From: Octopus sinensis
Lineage: Eukaryota
DNA length: 64,000 nt
Direction: 5' to 3'
Assembly (NCBI RefSeq): GCF_006345805.1
Contig: NC_043020.1
Span: 18,662,001 to 18,726,000, forward strand
In this document: piece by piece, positions 13,170-26,215 of the stretch
Position numbering within the stretch: position 1 is the first letter of the stretch
Layout of the letters: each line of letters opens with the position of its first letter
Notes under the pieces: generated by a model
Told to the model about the DNA's origin: nothing
What the model saw: only the letters and a program-made list of their open reading frames with translations
Database searches by the model: none
Translations under genes and position numbers: made by a program

Positions 13170-13400
13170 AGATTTGCTTTCTAACCACATGGTTCTGGGT
13201 TCAATCCTACTACGTGGCACCATAGGCAAGTGAGTGGATTCGATAGATAGAGACTGAAAGAAGCCCGCGTATGTGCATGTGTGTGCGTGTGTGTGTTTAT
13301 TTGTGCCCTACCACCGCTTGACAACTGGTGTTGGTTTGTTTGCATCTCCGTATTTGTAGTTTGGCAACAGATATCAACAGAGTAAATACCAAGCTTAAAA
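13170..13400 (+). mobile_element. SINE family B, degenerate
   Basis: AACCACATGGTTCTGGGTTCAATCC..CTGAAAGAAGCCCG..CCGCTTGACAAC. Confidence 0.75.
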
Positions 13401-13419
13401 GTAGTAACGTTGCCATTTC

Positions 13420-14545
13420 AAAACCAAGGTAAACCTAGCTTTGGCCAAGGCATAATAATAAGGTAAAACCAAGGTAAACCTAGCTTTGGCCAAAGCATAA
13501 TAATAAGGTAAAACCAAGGTAAACCTAGCTTTGGCCAAAGCATAATAATAAGGTAAAACCAAGGTAAACCTAGCTTTGGCCAAAGCATAATAATAAGGTA
13601 AAACCAAGGTAAACCTAGCTTTGGCCAAAGCATAATAATAAGGTAAAACCAAGGTAAACCTAGCTTTGGCCAAAGTATTATAATAAGGTAAAACAAAAGG
13701 TAAGCCTAGCTCTGGCCAAAGCATAATAATAAGGTAAAACCAAGGTAAACCTAGCTCTGGCCAAAGCATAATAATAAGGTAAAACCAAGGTAAACCTAGC
13801 TCTGGCCAAAGCATAATAATAAGGTAAAACCAAGGTAAACCTAGCTTTGGCCAAAGCATAATAATAAGGTAAAACCAAGGTAAACCTAGCTTTGGCCAAA
13901 GCATAATAATAAGGTAAAACCAAGGTAAACCTAGCTTTGGCCAAAGCATAATAATAAGGTAAAACCAAGGTAAACCTAGCTCAGGCCAAAGCATAATAAT
14001 AAGGTAAAACAAGGTAAACCTAGCTCTGGCCAAAGCATAATAATAAGGTAAAACAAGGCAACCTAGCTTTGGCCAAAGCATAATAATAAGGTAAAACCAG
14101 GTAAACCTAGCTTTGGCCAAAGTTTATAATAAGGTAAAACCAAGGTAAGCCTAGCTCTGGCCAAAGCATAATAATAAGGTAAAACCAAGGTAAACCTAGC
14201 TCTGGCCAAAGCATAATAATAAGGTAAAACCAAGGTAAACCTAGCTTTGGCCAAATCATAATAATAAGGTAAAACCAAGGTAAACCTAGCTTTGGCCAAA
14301 GCATAATAATAAGGTAAAACCAAGGTAAACCTAGCTTTGGCCAAAGTATTATAATAAGGTAAAACCAAGGTAAGCCTAGCTCTGGCCAAAGCATAATAAT
14401 AAGGTAAAACCAAGGTAAACCTAGCTCTGGCCAAAGCATAATAATAAGGTAAAACCAAGGTAAACCTAGCTCTGGCCAAAGCATAATAATAAGGTAAAAC
14501 CAAGGTAAACCTAGCTCTGGCCAAAGCATAATAATAAGGTAAAAC
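13420..14545. repeat. 45-bp minisatellite, ~25 copies
   Basis: Unit AAAACCAAGGTAAACCTAGCTTTGGCCAAAGCATAATAATAAGGT; 15-aa periodic ORFs confirm the 45-bp period. Confidence 0.97.
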
Positions 14546-14689
14546 TCGCCGAGAGGGCCACAGAATAGTGAAACGAAGAATGTCTAAAACTCATCGGAGT
14601 ACCGGCAGCAAAATTGATAGTAGTACTAAACTAACATCTTGCGAATACTGTGTCAACAAAAATCGTTGGCAGTGAGCTCCATAAAGACG

Positions 14690-14915
14690 TTGTTGTTTTT
14701 TCCTTCTCGAGCCACGCCTGGCTCATGACGGCCGGTTTCCCGGTTTCCTTGGCGTATAGGTTCCCCACCTGGACAGGACTCCGGTCCGTCGCAGGTGAGC
14801 TGCAAGATGCAGGAAGAAAGAGTGAGAAAAAGTTGTGGTGAAAGAGTCAGCAGAAGTTCGCCATTACCTTCTGCCATTACCATTACCTTCTGCCAGAGCC
14901 ACCTTGGAGTCACAC
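14690..14915 (-). mobile_element. SINE 3' portion (V-domain-like motif), family D/C-related
   Basis: Reverse complement contains CCTGCGACGGACCGG..CCTGTCCAGG and GAAACCGGGAAACCGGCC, shared with 52845-53068; middle shared with 62317-62612. Confidence 0.7.
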
Positions 14916-15001
14916 AATAAATATTATTCAAAAGTGGTAAGAACACAGAGGTAAAGTAGACAATATGGATTGACCCACTTCCCCCTACACACACACACAC
15001 A

Positions 15002-15044
<43 letters not shown>

Positions 15045-15272
15045 AGGGAGCATTTTGGAACAAATAAGAGACTGCTTCCTTCTACATTTGCTGCAAGGAT
15101 TTTTTTGAAGAATTGCTTCAAATTCTTCTAATAGCCGTTCCGAACATGTATGAATTAGTTCTTCAACAAATTTAAACCTCCTTGCGATAGTTTCCAATGA
15201 TGTACCAACACCGTTTTAAATAATAAAACTTCCATTTAGCAAGCTATTTCCAGTATTTTGCTCAGACACTAC

Positions 15273-15530
<258 letters not shown>

Positions 15531-15613
15531 CGTTGAATATCTTTCGTGTAGTCGTTGGTTATGTCTGGTCAGATAGTTCCCGTTGTGCCCTAAAGTATAA
15601 TTGTACACTATAC

Positions 15614-15671
<58 letters not shown>

Positions 15672-15699
15672 ATATAATATATATATATATATATTATAT

Positions 15700-16745
15700 A
15701 TATATATATATATATACGTATATATATATAATATATACGTATATATATACACACACACATAAGGACATACATATAATATATATCTATATACATGCACATA
15801 TACATACATACATATATATATTGTGATTGCGCGTGCGCACGTTTTTGTAGGATTGTGTGAGAGAGAGAGAGAGAGAGAAAGAGAGAGGGAGAAAGAGAGA
15901 GAGAGTGTGTGTACAGAGAGACAGTGTGACAGACAGACGGACAGATAGACAGGCATTGTTTACTGCGTTGTAGCCGCTGGAAGATAAAAACGATCCTAGT
16001 TAACCGGCGCAATCTACATTTCAAGGCAAATCTAAAACAATATGCATTAACATCCGTCTTTCATATACAATAAGAAGCTTTTTGGATTAACCACACACAG
16101 ACACACACACACTCACGCGCACACACACACACATATGCAGACCTAAATATCGGTATGCGTGTGTGTGTCTGAATATATATATATGTGTGTGTGTATATAA
16201 TATATATATATATTATATATATATATATATATATACGTATATATATATATATATATACGTATATATATACACACACACATAAGGACATACATATAATATA
16301 TATCTATATACATGCACATATACATACATACATATATATATTGTGATTGCGCGTGCGCACGTTTTTGTAGGATTGTGTGAGAGAGAGAGAGAGAGAGAAA
16401 GAGAGAGGGAGAAAGAGAGAGAGAGTGTGTGTACAGAGAGACAGTGTGACAGACAGACGGACAGATAGACAGGCATTGTTTACTGCGTTGTAGCCGCTGG
16501 AAGATAAAAACGATCCTAGTTAACCGGCGCAATCTACATTTCAAGGCAAATCTAAAACAATATGCATTAACATCCGTCTTTCATATACAATAAGAAGCTT
16601 TTTGGATTAACCACACACAGACACACACACACTCACGCGCACACACACACACATATGCAGACCTAAATATCGGTATGCGTGTGTGTGTCTGAATATATAT
16701 ATATGTGTGTGTGTATATAATATATATATATATTATATATATATA
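15700..16745. repeat. 520-bp tandem duplication (2 copies)
   Basis: Landmarks recur at +520: 15761/16281, 15991/16511, 16141/16661; no differences seen outside microsatellites. Confidence 0.93.
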
Positions 16746-16852
16746 CATCCATGTATATATATGCGTATATGTACGTAGGTGTGCATATGTATATACATAT
16801 GTAAAAGTATATATATATATATATACGTATGTATGTAAATATGTATATATAC

Positions 16853-16902
<50 letters not shown>

Positions 16903-17000
16903 ATATATATATGTGAATGACTATATGTATATATACGTATATTTATGTACGTGTGTGTGCGTGCATGTGAGCGAAAAAATGTAAATATATATGTATGTGT

Positions 17001-17085
<85 letters not shown>

Positions 17086-17475
17086 CAGACAGACAGACAG
17101 ACAGGCAGACAGACAGACAGACAGAGATAGAGAGAGACATAGAGAGAAAATGATACAGGCGGACAGACAGATAGACAGACAAGCAGACACAGCTGTGAAT
17201 TATGCATAAGAAAATTATATATTCGTATGTACACTTATTCCTCTTTTTATAGCCATGTATCTCTACGCACAAACACGCCCACACAGAAGTATACATCAAG
17301 GAGTATATATAATGGCGCATATATAAAAGTGTGTACGTGCGTGTCAATGAACATATAGAATGTATATTGATATATGTGTGTGTAATAATATTTATATTTT
17401 CATTTATTATATATACGTATTATATATCGGTATTATATAAATATTGTTGTGCGTGTGTATGTATGTGTGTGTATA

Positions 17476-17655
17476 AGTGGCTGTGTGGTAAGTAGCTTGC
17501 TTCCCGACCACATGGTTCCAGGTTCAATCTCATTATGTGGCACCTTGGGCAAGTGTGTTCTACTATAGCCTCGGGGTTTGTGAGTGGATTTACTAGACGG
17601 AAACTGAAAGAAGCCCGTCGTACATATATATATATATATATAATATACACACACC

Positions 17656-17704
<49 letters not shown>

Positions 17705-17940
17705 TGTGTGTGTGTGTTGTGTATGTGTGTATGTATGTATGTGACTGTGTTTGTCCCTCTACCACTTGACAACTGATGCTGGTGTGTTTACGTCCCCGTA
17801 AGTTAGCAGTTCGCCAAAAGATTCCGATAGAATAAGTACTAGGCTTATAAAAGTAAGTCCTGGAGTCGATTTGTTCGGCTAAAGGCGGTGTTCCAGCATG
17901 GCCGTAGTCAAGTGACTGAAACAAATAAAAGAATAAAATA
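17476..17940 (+). mobile_element. tRNA-derived SINE family B, full length with internal microsatellite
   Basis: AGTGGCTGTGTGGTAAGTAGC (A-box-like), GGTTCAATCTC (B-box-like), CCTTGGGCAAGTG core, 3' GACTGAAACAAATAAAAGA. Confidence 0.9.
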
Positions 17941-18056
17941 ATAATAGAATATATGTATGTATATTTATACGTAATGTGCATATGTATATAAGTATATCTA
18001 TGTGTATATATCTGTACATATATTTTCATACTGTATACAAACATGTATGTATATAA

Positions 18057-18097
<41 letters not shown>

Positions 18098-18256
18098 CAT
18101 ATATAGATGAATTTTACTTGAAAGGAAGCGTGACGTGCAACCATATAATATATATTTTATATGTTATATATATATAATATGCATACGTATATGTACATAC
18201 ATACATCTATAGTATATATTATATATATATAATATATATATATATCTATATATATA

Positions 18257-18289
<33 letters not shown>

Positions 18290-18310
18290 GATATATATAC
18301 ATATATATAT

Positions 18311-18921
18311 ATATGCATATGTAGGTACAGGACGTTACGAAACGTGTACAAGTACGAGTACATAGAATATGAACTATTTTTTCGAACAAGGAAAGACGCA
18401 AATGGAAAAGAATACAAACAACATAAAGAACGACCCTTCATCAGTTGTTGGTTGTTTTTCTACTGTGTCCTCCCCTAGTCACGGGTCCCCCACGTGACCA
18501 TCGGCCATCTTTCTTTCTTCTCCTTACTTGTGTTTCTTTCTCTCTGGAGTAGCTGGAAATAGGAATATGTGTTCTTGTCTGTCTCCTGTCTTAGCTTGAT
18601 TTACGTTCGCCTCCACAACCCCGTTCAGGCTTAGCAGTCCTTCCCGTTTGTGCTACCAATTTTCACTCGCTGCAAAATCCCAAATTTTATTTAATTTGCT
18701 TTGCGGGAGCAACTATTTTATCGAAATCGTATATTGTTGTTAAATGTTCGAAATACGAGAGTAGAAAAGCAACCAAAAACTGATGAAGGGTCGTTCTTCA
18801 TGTTGTTTGTCTTGTTTTCCGTCTGTGTCTTTCGTTGTTCGAAAACATAGTTCATATTCCTTGTACTCGTACCTGGTATTCTTTGTACACGTTTCGTGAC
18901 GTCCTGTGCCCACATATGCAT
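18311..18921. mobile_element. Non-coding repeat with an inverted partial terminal copy (PLE pLTR-like)
   Basis: 18311-18464 is inverted relative to 18760-18921; body is homologous to 54225-54860 in opposite orientation. Confidence 0.75.
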
Positions 18922-18938
18922 ATATATATTATATATAT

Positions 18939-18972
<34 letters not shown>

Positions 18973-19096
18973 GTATAGATGTATGTACATTACGTATGTA
19001 TATATGCATGCACACACATATATATATTATTTATATTCTATATATGTGTGTGTGTGTATGTAAGCATGTATGCATGTATGTATGTATGCATGTATG

Positions 19097-19466
19097 TATG
19101 TGGGTATGTGGTAAGAAGCTAGCTTCCCAACCGCATGGCTCCGTGTTCAGTCATACTGCGTGTCACCTTAGCGTCTATTATAGTATTGGGCCTTTTGAGC
19201 GAACTTGGTAGATGGTACCTGAAAGAAGCCCTCGTATCTTCATATATATACACACACATATAAGTATGTATATGTGTCTGCTTGTGTTTTTGTGTGTATG
19301 TGAGAGTGTGTACGAGTGTGTGTCTTTTTGTGTCTGTGCTTGTACCCCCGACAACCGGTGTTGTTATGTGTATGTCCTCGTTGTATATCGGTTCGGCAAA
19401 AGGGACCGACAGAATAAATACCAGACTTAAACAATAACTATTTTGGGTCGATTAATTCAACTAAAT
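19097..19466 (+). mobile_element. SINE family B, 5' part (interrupted by hAT)
   Basis: Body ends at GGGTCGATTAATTCAACTAAA; SINE 3' end resumes at 21325-21400. Confidence 0.8.
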
Positions 19467-21324
19467 CAGGGATGTCCACTTAATATTCTCATGCAGTCCA
19501 CTGGCAATTCAAATTCTAATTCTATGTGTTATTTTCTAGTCATATTTTCATTTACTTAGATAATGTATGATGAGAAAATTATTTTTGGTGGGTGCTATTT
19601 TGAATGGACCAATGAAAAGCTCAATAGAGGGAAGTAAAATGAAGGAGGTCACGGGATTTATGATGTACACAAACATGCAGGAAGTAAATAGACACCTTTA
19701 ATTTTCAAATCTTTTATTTAATACGCAAGGCGAACAATTGAAATGTAAGCGATAGGTAGGACTACATACTTTAGTATTTAGTTGACATTCCCTTTGCAGT
19801 TTTTAATTCAGAAACTCTTTTTGGCATTGAACTGATGCGCTTTGTGATTGTCTCTTGTGGAATTTCTGCTTACTTTTCATGCAACAATCGAAACAATTCA
19901 TGTTTACATGTAGGTTTCTGTCGAGATTTTCATATAGCTCTATCTAGTATGCTCCAAAGATTTTCAATTGTGTTCATGTCAGGAGATTGGCTCGGCCAAG
20001 GAAGCTTTTTGATCCCATTTTCAGTTAGCCATTGTTGATTCCTTTTCGCTGTGTGGCATGAAGCCCCATCTTCCATGAATAGAAACTTATTTGTCGTTAA
20101 GTTATCGGAAGTAATCCTTGCTTAAGTATTTCGATGTATTTTTCAGTGTTTATGGTTCCAACACATTCGATCAGCTCAGAACGACCATTGCTGGTGACAG
20201 CTCCCCATGCCATTGCAGAGATACTACCATGTTTCACAGTTGGTTGGAGTCGTTTCAAATCAAATTCTTGATTGGGAAGCTTCCAGACCCAAACCCGTCC
20301 ACTGTCTTTTGTGAACGTTGTTAATTTTATCAGATCTCAGGGTTTGAACCATCATACATTCAAAGCATACTGCTAAGTATGCTTTGAATAGATTTCAATT
20401 ATTGTTGCCTGAAATAAAATAGTTCATACAAAACAAAAAGCAAAACCTAGATTTTTAAGCAAATGAAGAATGGTTGAATGATGTGTCCTTCTTAGTAGAT
20501 ATGACTGGAATGTTAACTGAACTTAATTTGCATTTACAAGGAAAAGACCAGTTATGTTGTTCAATGTTTGAGTGAATAACAAGCTTTACTAAGAAATTAG
20601 AACTTTACATAATACAGTTGAAGGGTGGAGAGATTGTACATTTTCAGAATTTATCTAAAAGACAAGAAGTTCCTGTGAACTTTGAAAAATACACTAAATT
20701 ATGTGAAGCTTTGTTAGAAGATGTTACAACCAGATTTTCTGACTTCAGAAAGATAGAAGGTGAACTAAAATTGTTGAGTGTTCCATTTATTTATGTGGAA
20801 GCACCAGCCAAAACCAGCAAGAACTCATTGAACATCAAAGTAGAGTATCTTTGAAAATTTATCTTGACTTTTTACAAGAAATTGCAAAACTTTTATCTTG
20901 ACTTTTTTTACAATAACTTGCATTCTTTCAATGAATTTGATCAAATTGCCAATTTAGCTAGAAAGCTATTGTGCATGTAGGGTAGTACATACTGCTGTGA
21001 ACAATTCTTTTCTTGTATGGAAAACATCAAAACTGCTGAAAGAAATAAGGCTGAGTGATTGCCATTTAACTAACATTCTCAGAGTAAAGAATAGTACCAT
21101 AAAAGCAGATATTGAGAATATCATAAAAGGAAAGCAATGCCAAGATTTACATTGATTATATTTTGTGGAAGTGTAATTACATTTTTGTATTAATATTTGT
21201 TATTAAAACATTTTATTCACTGTTTTGAAAGTTTAAAAAGTTTATATCTAAGTACCTTTGTGGGCCGTTTAATATACTTAAATTGATAATTTGGCCCACT
21301 AGGAAAAAGGGTTGGACATCTCTG
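19467..21324 (+). mobile_element. hAT (Charlie/Buster-like) transposon remnant
   Basis: TIRs CAGGGATGTCCA / TGGACATCTCTG; 8-bp TSD AACTAAAT vs GACTAAAA (6/8); 20390-21160 encodes EWLNDVSFLVDMT..LTELNLHLQGK..RFSDFRK and hATC GSTYCCEQFFS, with stops. Confidence 0.88.
19665..20337 (-). mobile_element. Tc1-like DD34E transposase 3' half nested in hAT
   Basis: PTVKHG..AWG..FMEDGASCHTAK..WPSQSPDMNTIENLW; 34 residues counted between D and E. Confidence 0.92.
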
Positions 21325-21614
21325 GACTAAAATAATTCCTCATGGCGAGGCACCAGCATGGCTGTTGTCTTCTATCTGAAATAAGTAAAAGATAAAAGAT
21401 ACGTACATATACATGTGTGTGTATGTGTGTGCCTGAGTGTGTGTGCGTGTGTGTGCGTGTGCATGCATGTGCGTGTATGTATGCATGTGTGTGTGTGTGT
21501 GTGTGTGCTTGTGAATACTATATATACAGCGTGCATGGTGTATTATAGGTATATTGCTGTCATGTGTATCAGTGTATTACTCACTTCAAACTAATTAAAA
21601 TATTTTCATTTCTT

Positions 21615-22480
21615 TCAGACTCCCCAAGACAGACAAAACGCTAATTCAAGAAATGGAAAGACATGCAGTGATTATTATCATATGTGTGGAACACAGTAAC
21701 TTAGAAATTTTTTTATGCAAAGTTTGGATGCAATTGGAAGCCTCTTGCAGGAATGTTTCAACCGAATCAAAGAGAGAGAAAAATAACATTTTAAACGTTT
21801 GGACACTGTAAACACAGCGAAGTTCATCAAGCTGATTCCAAATATAATCGATGGTTATCCCAAGAAATCAATGAAGGCCTTTGCCAAAGGACTTCAGTTG
21901 TCGGAGTGGACTATCGGAAGTGTGATGCATATTCTTCGCTTTGGTTCTTTGATGATAAAAACATATTCAACGAAGATCAAAAGTCTAACAAAAACAACAG
22001 ATAGTTATGTACAGTTACTACCGATATCCCTAGAACAATGCACACATAGTTTCCAGCATTTGTGATAGTCTCAGAAATTATGAATATCACGCCACCTCAC
22101 ATCGTTCCACTAGGAGACAATTGATAAATCCTACAAGACTGAAATGCGAAGTGGGAAATTATACGTGTTTCAAGACACGGTACCTTTTCTCAAAGCGCAC
22201 GTGACTCAATGATTGGGTATCAAACAATCTTTATGATCCTATAACAACAAAACTGGGGCTCATAGAGAGCGTTATTGAAAGGGTGGCTAATCGGCTGCTT
22301 CACTGAAAGGTTGCCATTGTACAGGAGATGTCCCAAATGATTAAGCGCAGACATGTGAAACACTGGAATCCCACACTGGACTAGTCATCCAAGATGAAGG
22401 CGGATTCATAGAATAATCTAATAAGAAAGCTTACCAAGAACATGTATACTACTTTTTTTTTTATATAAAAATACATTTGA
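21615..22480 (+). mobile_element. maT/DD37D-like transposase remnant
   Basis: QEMERHAVII..DTVNTAKFIK.IPNIIDGYPKKSMKA..SEWTI..YVFQDTVP..EGGFIE*; heavily mutated. Confidence 0.65.
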
Positions 22481-22540
22481 TTTTGATAGATTAGAATTGT
22501 TTTATTAAATATGTCCTCAGCCTACAACGCATATATATGC

Positions 22541-22610
<70 letters not shown>

Positions 22611-22910
22611 CTATATATATATATATATCAGGATAAACTCGTTATTTAAATACCGATCTTATCAGGTGGCCAGCATGGGAAAAAACCTTCAAAGGTAATA
22701 ATAATTATTAAAATTATAATTTAGGGTATCTAAGAGATATCACCACGCTGAAAATAGCAGCCAAAACTTGACTCTAAAACCACATTAAATGTTCATACAG
22801 CACCAGATGATAAGACAAATAGACAAAATAAACTAGCAATGTATACGTTCGTATATGTAAGTATTCGCATGTAAGTATTCGTATATAAGTATTCGTATAT
22901 GTAAGTATTC

Positions 22911-23198
22911 GGAGTGGCTGTGTGGTAAGTAGCTTGCTAACCAACCACATGGTTCCGGGTTCAGTCCCACTGCGTGGCATCTTGGGCAAGTGTCTTCTGC
23001 TATAGCCCAGGGCCGACCAATGCCTTGTGAGTGGATTTGGTAGACGGAAACTGAAAGAAGCTTGTCGTATATATGTATGTATATTTATATGTATGTGTTT
23101 GTATATATATATGTATGTGTTTGTTTGTTTATATGTATGTGTATGTATATATATATGTATGTGTTTGTTTGTCTGTGTTTGTCCCCCTAGCATTGCTG
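22911..23198 (+). mobile_element. SINE family B, 3'-truncated
   Basis: Near-consensus head GGAGTGGCTGTGTGGTAAGTAGCTTGC..GGTTCAGTCCC. Confidence 0.88.
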
Positions 23199-23536
23199 AA
23201 ATTCGTGTGGCAGAAATTCTCATCTTATTAGTGACAACCACATCTATCAGGTTCCGTTGAGCAGGTGGCCATGCTTCCAAGCGACAAGCCTTCACATTAC
23301 CACTTGTAAGTAAGGCCAAGTTTGACAGAAAGAGCGAAGTGCTCTTAATCTTTCTTAAGATTTATGTGAATATTTCTTTGGAAACTTCCAACTCCGTCGG
23401 GATATTTGTTTCTTTTTTTTCTTTTTTACTGCATGTCTTTTGCGATATTATGATCTCTTTTGTGCGCTCCTATCTTATTTGTCAGTCTGATGTAGCTATT
23501 GCGCGTCATGCATATATGTTGATGTGTTTCATTTTC

Positions 23537-23568
<32 letters not shown>

Positions 23569-23879
23569 ACTTGTGTTCATGGCCGTGGAATTAATGGGGT
23601 TTTTTTTTGTTCATATTGGGTGTGTATTCTGACTGTTGGTGTGCGTGAAGTTGAACTAGTATTTGTTATGTTTGTGGTGTTTATGGTAATGGTGGTGGTA
23701 GTGATAGTGGTAGTGGTGGTGGCGGTGGCGGTGGTGGTGGCGGTGGTGGTGGTGTTGGTAGTGGTAGTGGTGGTGGCGGTGGTGGTGGTGCATCATTGTT
23801 CAAATGCATCGCCCCCATTTTTCGCACCTCTCATCTTGCTTGCTGGCGTGATTTTTAATCCGTTCCTATTCGTTCTGTT

Positions 23880-24030
23880 AGTATGTCAACTTGCTGAGGC
23901 AGTCACGAAAGACTATCATGATCAAACGCCCAGGAAAACTGACCAAGGGTTCTTGTTTCATCAGCACAATGCTCCAGTTTACAAGTCCTTGATTTCAATG
24001 GCCCCTGTGCGTCGATGTGGCTTTGAATTT
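23880..24030 (+). mobile_element. Mariner transposase fragment
   Basis: YVNLLRQSRKTIMIKRPGKLTKG.LFHQHNAPVYKSLISMAPVRRCGFE, matching the LFHQDNAP region. Confidence 0.65.
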
Positions 24031-24279
24031 TGTAACTGTCTGTTGTTTAAGGTCTTTCACCATCTCCTTCCCTACCCAATGTATCTAAGTGACCCAAGAC
24101 GAGAGGCGACTGCCTTGGGAGCGGTCCCTCGTTTGGCTCTGCTGTTGATATTTTTGTTGATAGTTTCGGATTTAGGTATTGCTGTTGTTATCGTTGTTGC
24201 TGCTGTTTGCGATGTGGTGGTGACACTTTAGGGCGGCATTTCTTTTGTTGTTTTATACCTTCCACTATTAGCGTTGTTA

Positions 24280-24790
24280 CTGAGGGGTTGTTGCAGGTTC
24301 AATTTTCCAGTCTTGTAGTGACTGCTGCACATTTCTGTTGCTGCGGTTGCATGCTATTGTAGTTGCTATTTCTGTTTGCCCTGTGGTTACTGGTACTGTT
24401 GCTGTTGATCTTTGGTGTTGGCATTGACTGCCGTGTTCTGTTGTTGTGGTTGTTATTGCTGCTGCTGCTGTTGTTGTTGTTGTTGCTGTTGTTGTTGTGA
24501 TGATGATGATGATGTAGCTGTTGTCGCTGTTGTTAGGAGCAGAAAGCCTTGAGGTGATCTGTGTTTCCACAGTTATAGCATCGAAGTCTTCTATCCACCA
24601 CTGTCACCTAGTTTCAGATCGTGGGATATCACTTAGAGCAAAGATCCCGTCCAGTATTTCAGGTTTCATCTGAATTAGAATCTCCGACCTTATTCTAACC
24701 CAGTTTTGCTTTCGCAATCGTTTTATCTCTGAAAAGGGGGTAGGTTCCACCAAAACCACACGTTTGACCAATCCTAAAAGTCTAGTTCGA
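24280..24790 (-). mobile_element. LINE ORF1/gag-like remnant with CCHC zinc knuckle and Thr/Gln-rich tail
   Basis: KRLRKQNW..VDRRLRCYNCGNTDHLKAFC (CX2CX4HX4C) at ~24538-24600. Confidence 0.7.
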
Positions 24791-25132
24791 AATTTTTAAT
24801 TGGATTACATGGCTTCAGTGTAAAATCTCGAACTTTCTGTGGGTCAATGATTCTGTGTAAGAAAGAAAAAAATGCAAATATAGTCGGAAATGGTTGGCAC
24901 ATATAAAAAGAAAATAATCTTTCCTCATCAGCTTTTCAAACAGAATATGGTTTCGTCTGAAGATATTCGCTCAAGTCTGTGTCTCTGCAACGATATGCAA
25001 CAATATAGAATGGTTTTCTGATTTGTCTTGCTAAGAAAAAAAGATATTGCAGTATTCTGAGCGTAACTTTTCATTGTTCTAGTTCCTTAACTGTTATTCT
25101 CACCCTTCCAGGTCATTTTCTTTTGTCTAGTG

Positions 25133-25325
25133 CAGTGGTTCGCAACCGGGGTTCTTGGGAAAATTTATCTACAATAAACTGGTTATACTTCGATAGTATA
25201 CAAAATATTTTAACAGTTTTTTACATACAATTCCAAATAATATTTAATTGTAAAAATATAATTCGAGTGTTTACACCTGTAATCAGAGAGGTTCATAGGT
25301 AAAAAAAACAGGTTGAGAAACACTG
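25133..25325. mobile_element. hAT-derived MITE
   Basis: TIRs CAGTGGTTCGCAAC / GTTGAGAAACACTG; TSD degenerate (5/8). Confidence 0.7.
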
Positions 25326-25854
25326 GTGCTGTGGGATTGAGCTGTAGAAACCTGCAAAGAATCACTTCTGGATTTTCACTGCTCCTGCAGCTATTGTTTC
25401 TTCTGTTATTGTTGCTTCTGCTGTAGCTTAATACTGGTAAAGTGGTGGAGGTGGCGATGTTATTACTGCTTCTATAGTTTGTTGCTACAGTAGTAGTGGC
25501 AGTGGAATGGATTCTTCTCTTCCCCTGGTGAATGTATGGAAGTCTGTGTGAGATGCTGTTGCTCCTGTTACTGTTGTTGTTGTTATTGTTGCTGCCAGTG
25601 ATTCTTCTGCTACAGTTGTTAGTTACAACTGCGCCTGCGTAATAGTGTGGCTTGAGGTGCTGACTGTCACCGACTGATATACCCCCGAAACCACCCCCGC
25701 CACTTTCCTATCTCACTGGCAAAACAAGTCGACCAGTTCCATGTAATTCTGGTCGACTTAATAAACAAGCTAGAACAACATATCAATAAAAGCAACTGTC
25801 TAAATGACACAACCTCACTGAGATTCGGTTTTTGCGAGGAACAACAAAATCAAT

Positions 25855-25855
25855 A

Positions 25856-25889
<34 letters not shown>

Positions 25890-25914
25890 CGACGACGACG
25901 ACGAGGACGATGAC

Positions 25915-25957
<43 letters not shown>

Positions 25958-26055
25958 CTGATGATGATGGTGGTGGTGGTGGTGGTGGTGGTGGTGATGA
26001 TGATGATGATCATCATCATCATGTTGATAATGATGATGATGACGACGACGAGGAC

Positions 26056-26112
<57 letters not shown>

Positions 26113-26134
26113 GGTGGTGGTGGTGATGATGATC

Positions 26135-26170
<36 letters not shown>

Positions 26171-26215
26171 TGGTGGTGGTGGTGGTGGTGGTGGTGGTGA
26201 GGATGATGATTATCG
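25855..26215. repeat. Compound (GAT/GAC/GGT)n microsatellite with internal block duplication
   Basis: GACGACGACGAGGACGAT motif recurs at ~25890 and ~26040. Confidence 0.9.

Noticed and set aside
13420-14545. CRISPR-like palindromic repeat array, or a 241-aa repeat protein
   Set aside because: Repeats are contiguous with no unique spacers, no cas genes are present and the context is eukaryotic; ORFs result from a stop-free 45-bp unit
15040-15215. Protein-like open frame on the minus strand (GTSLETIARRFKF..)
   Set aside because: Bounded by stops, with no splice acceptor and no recognised domain
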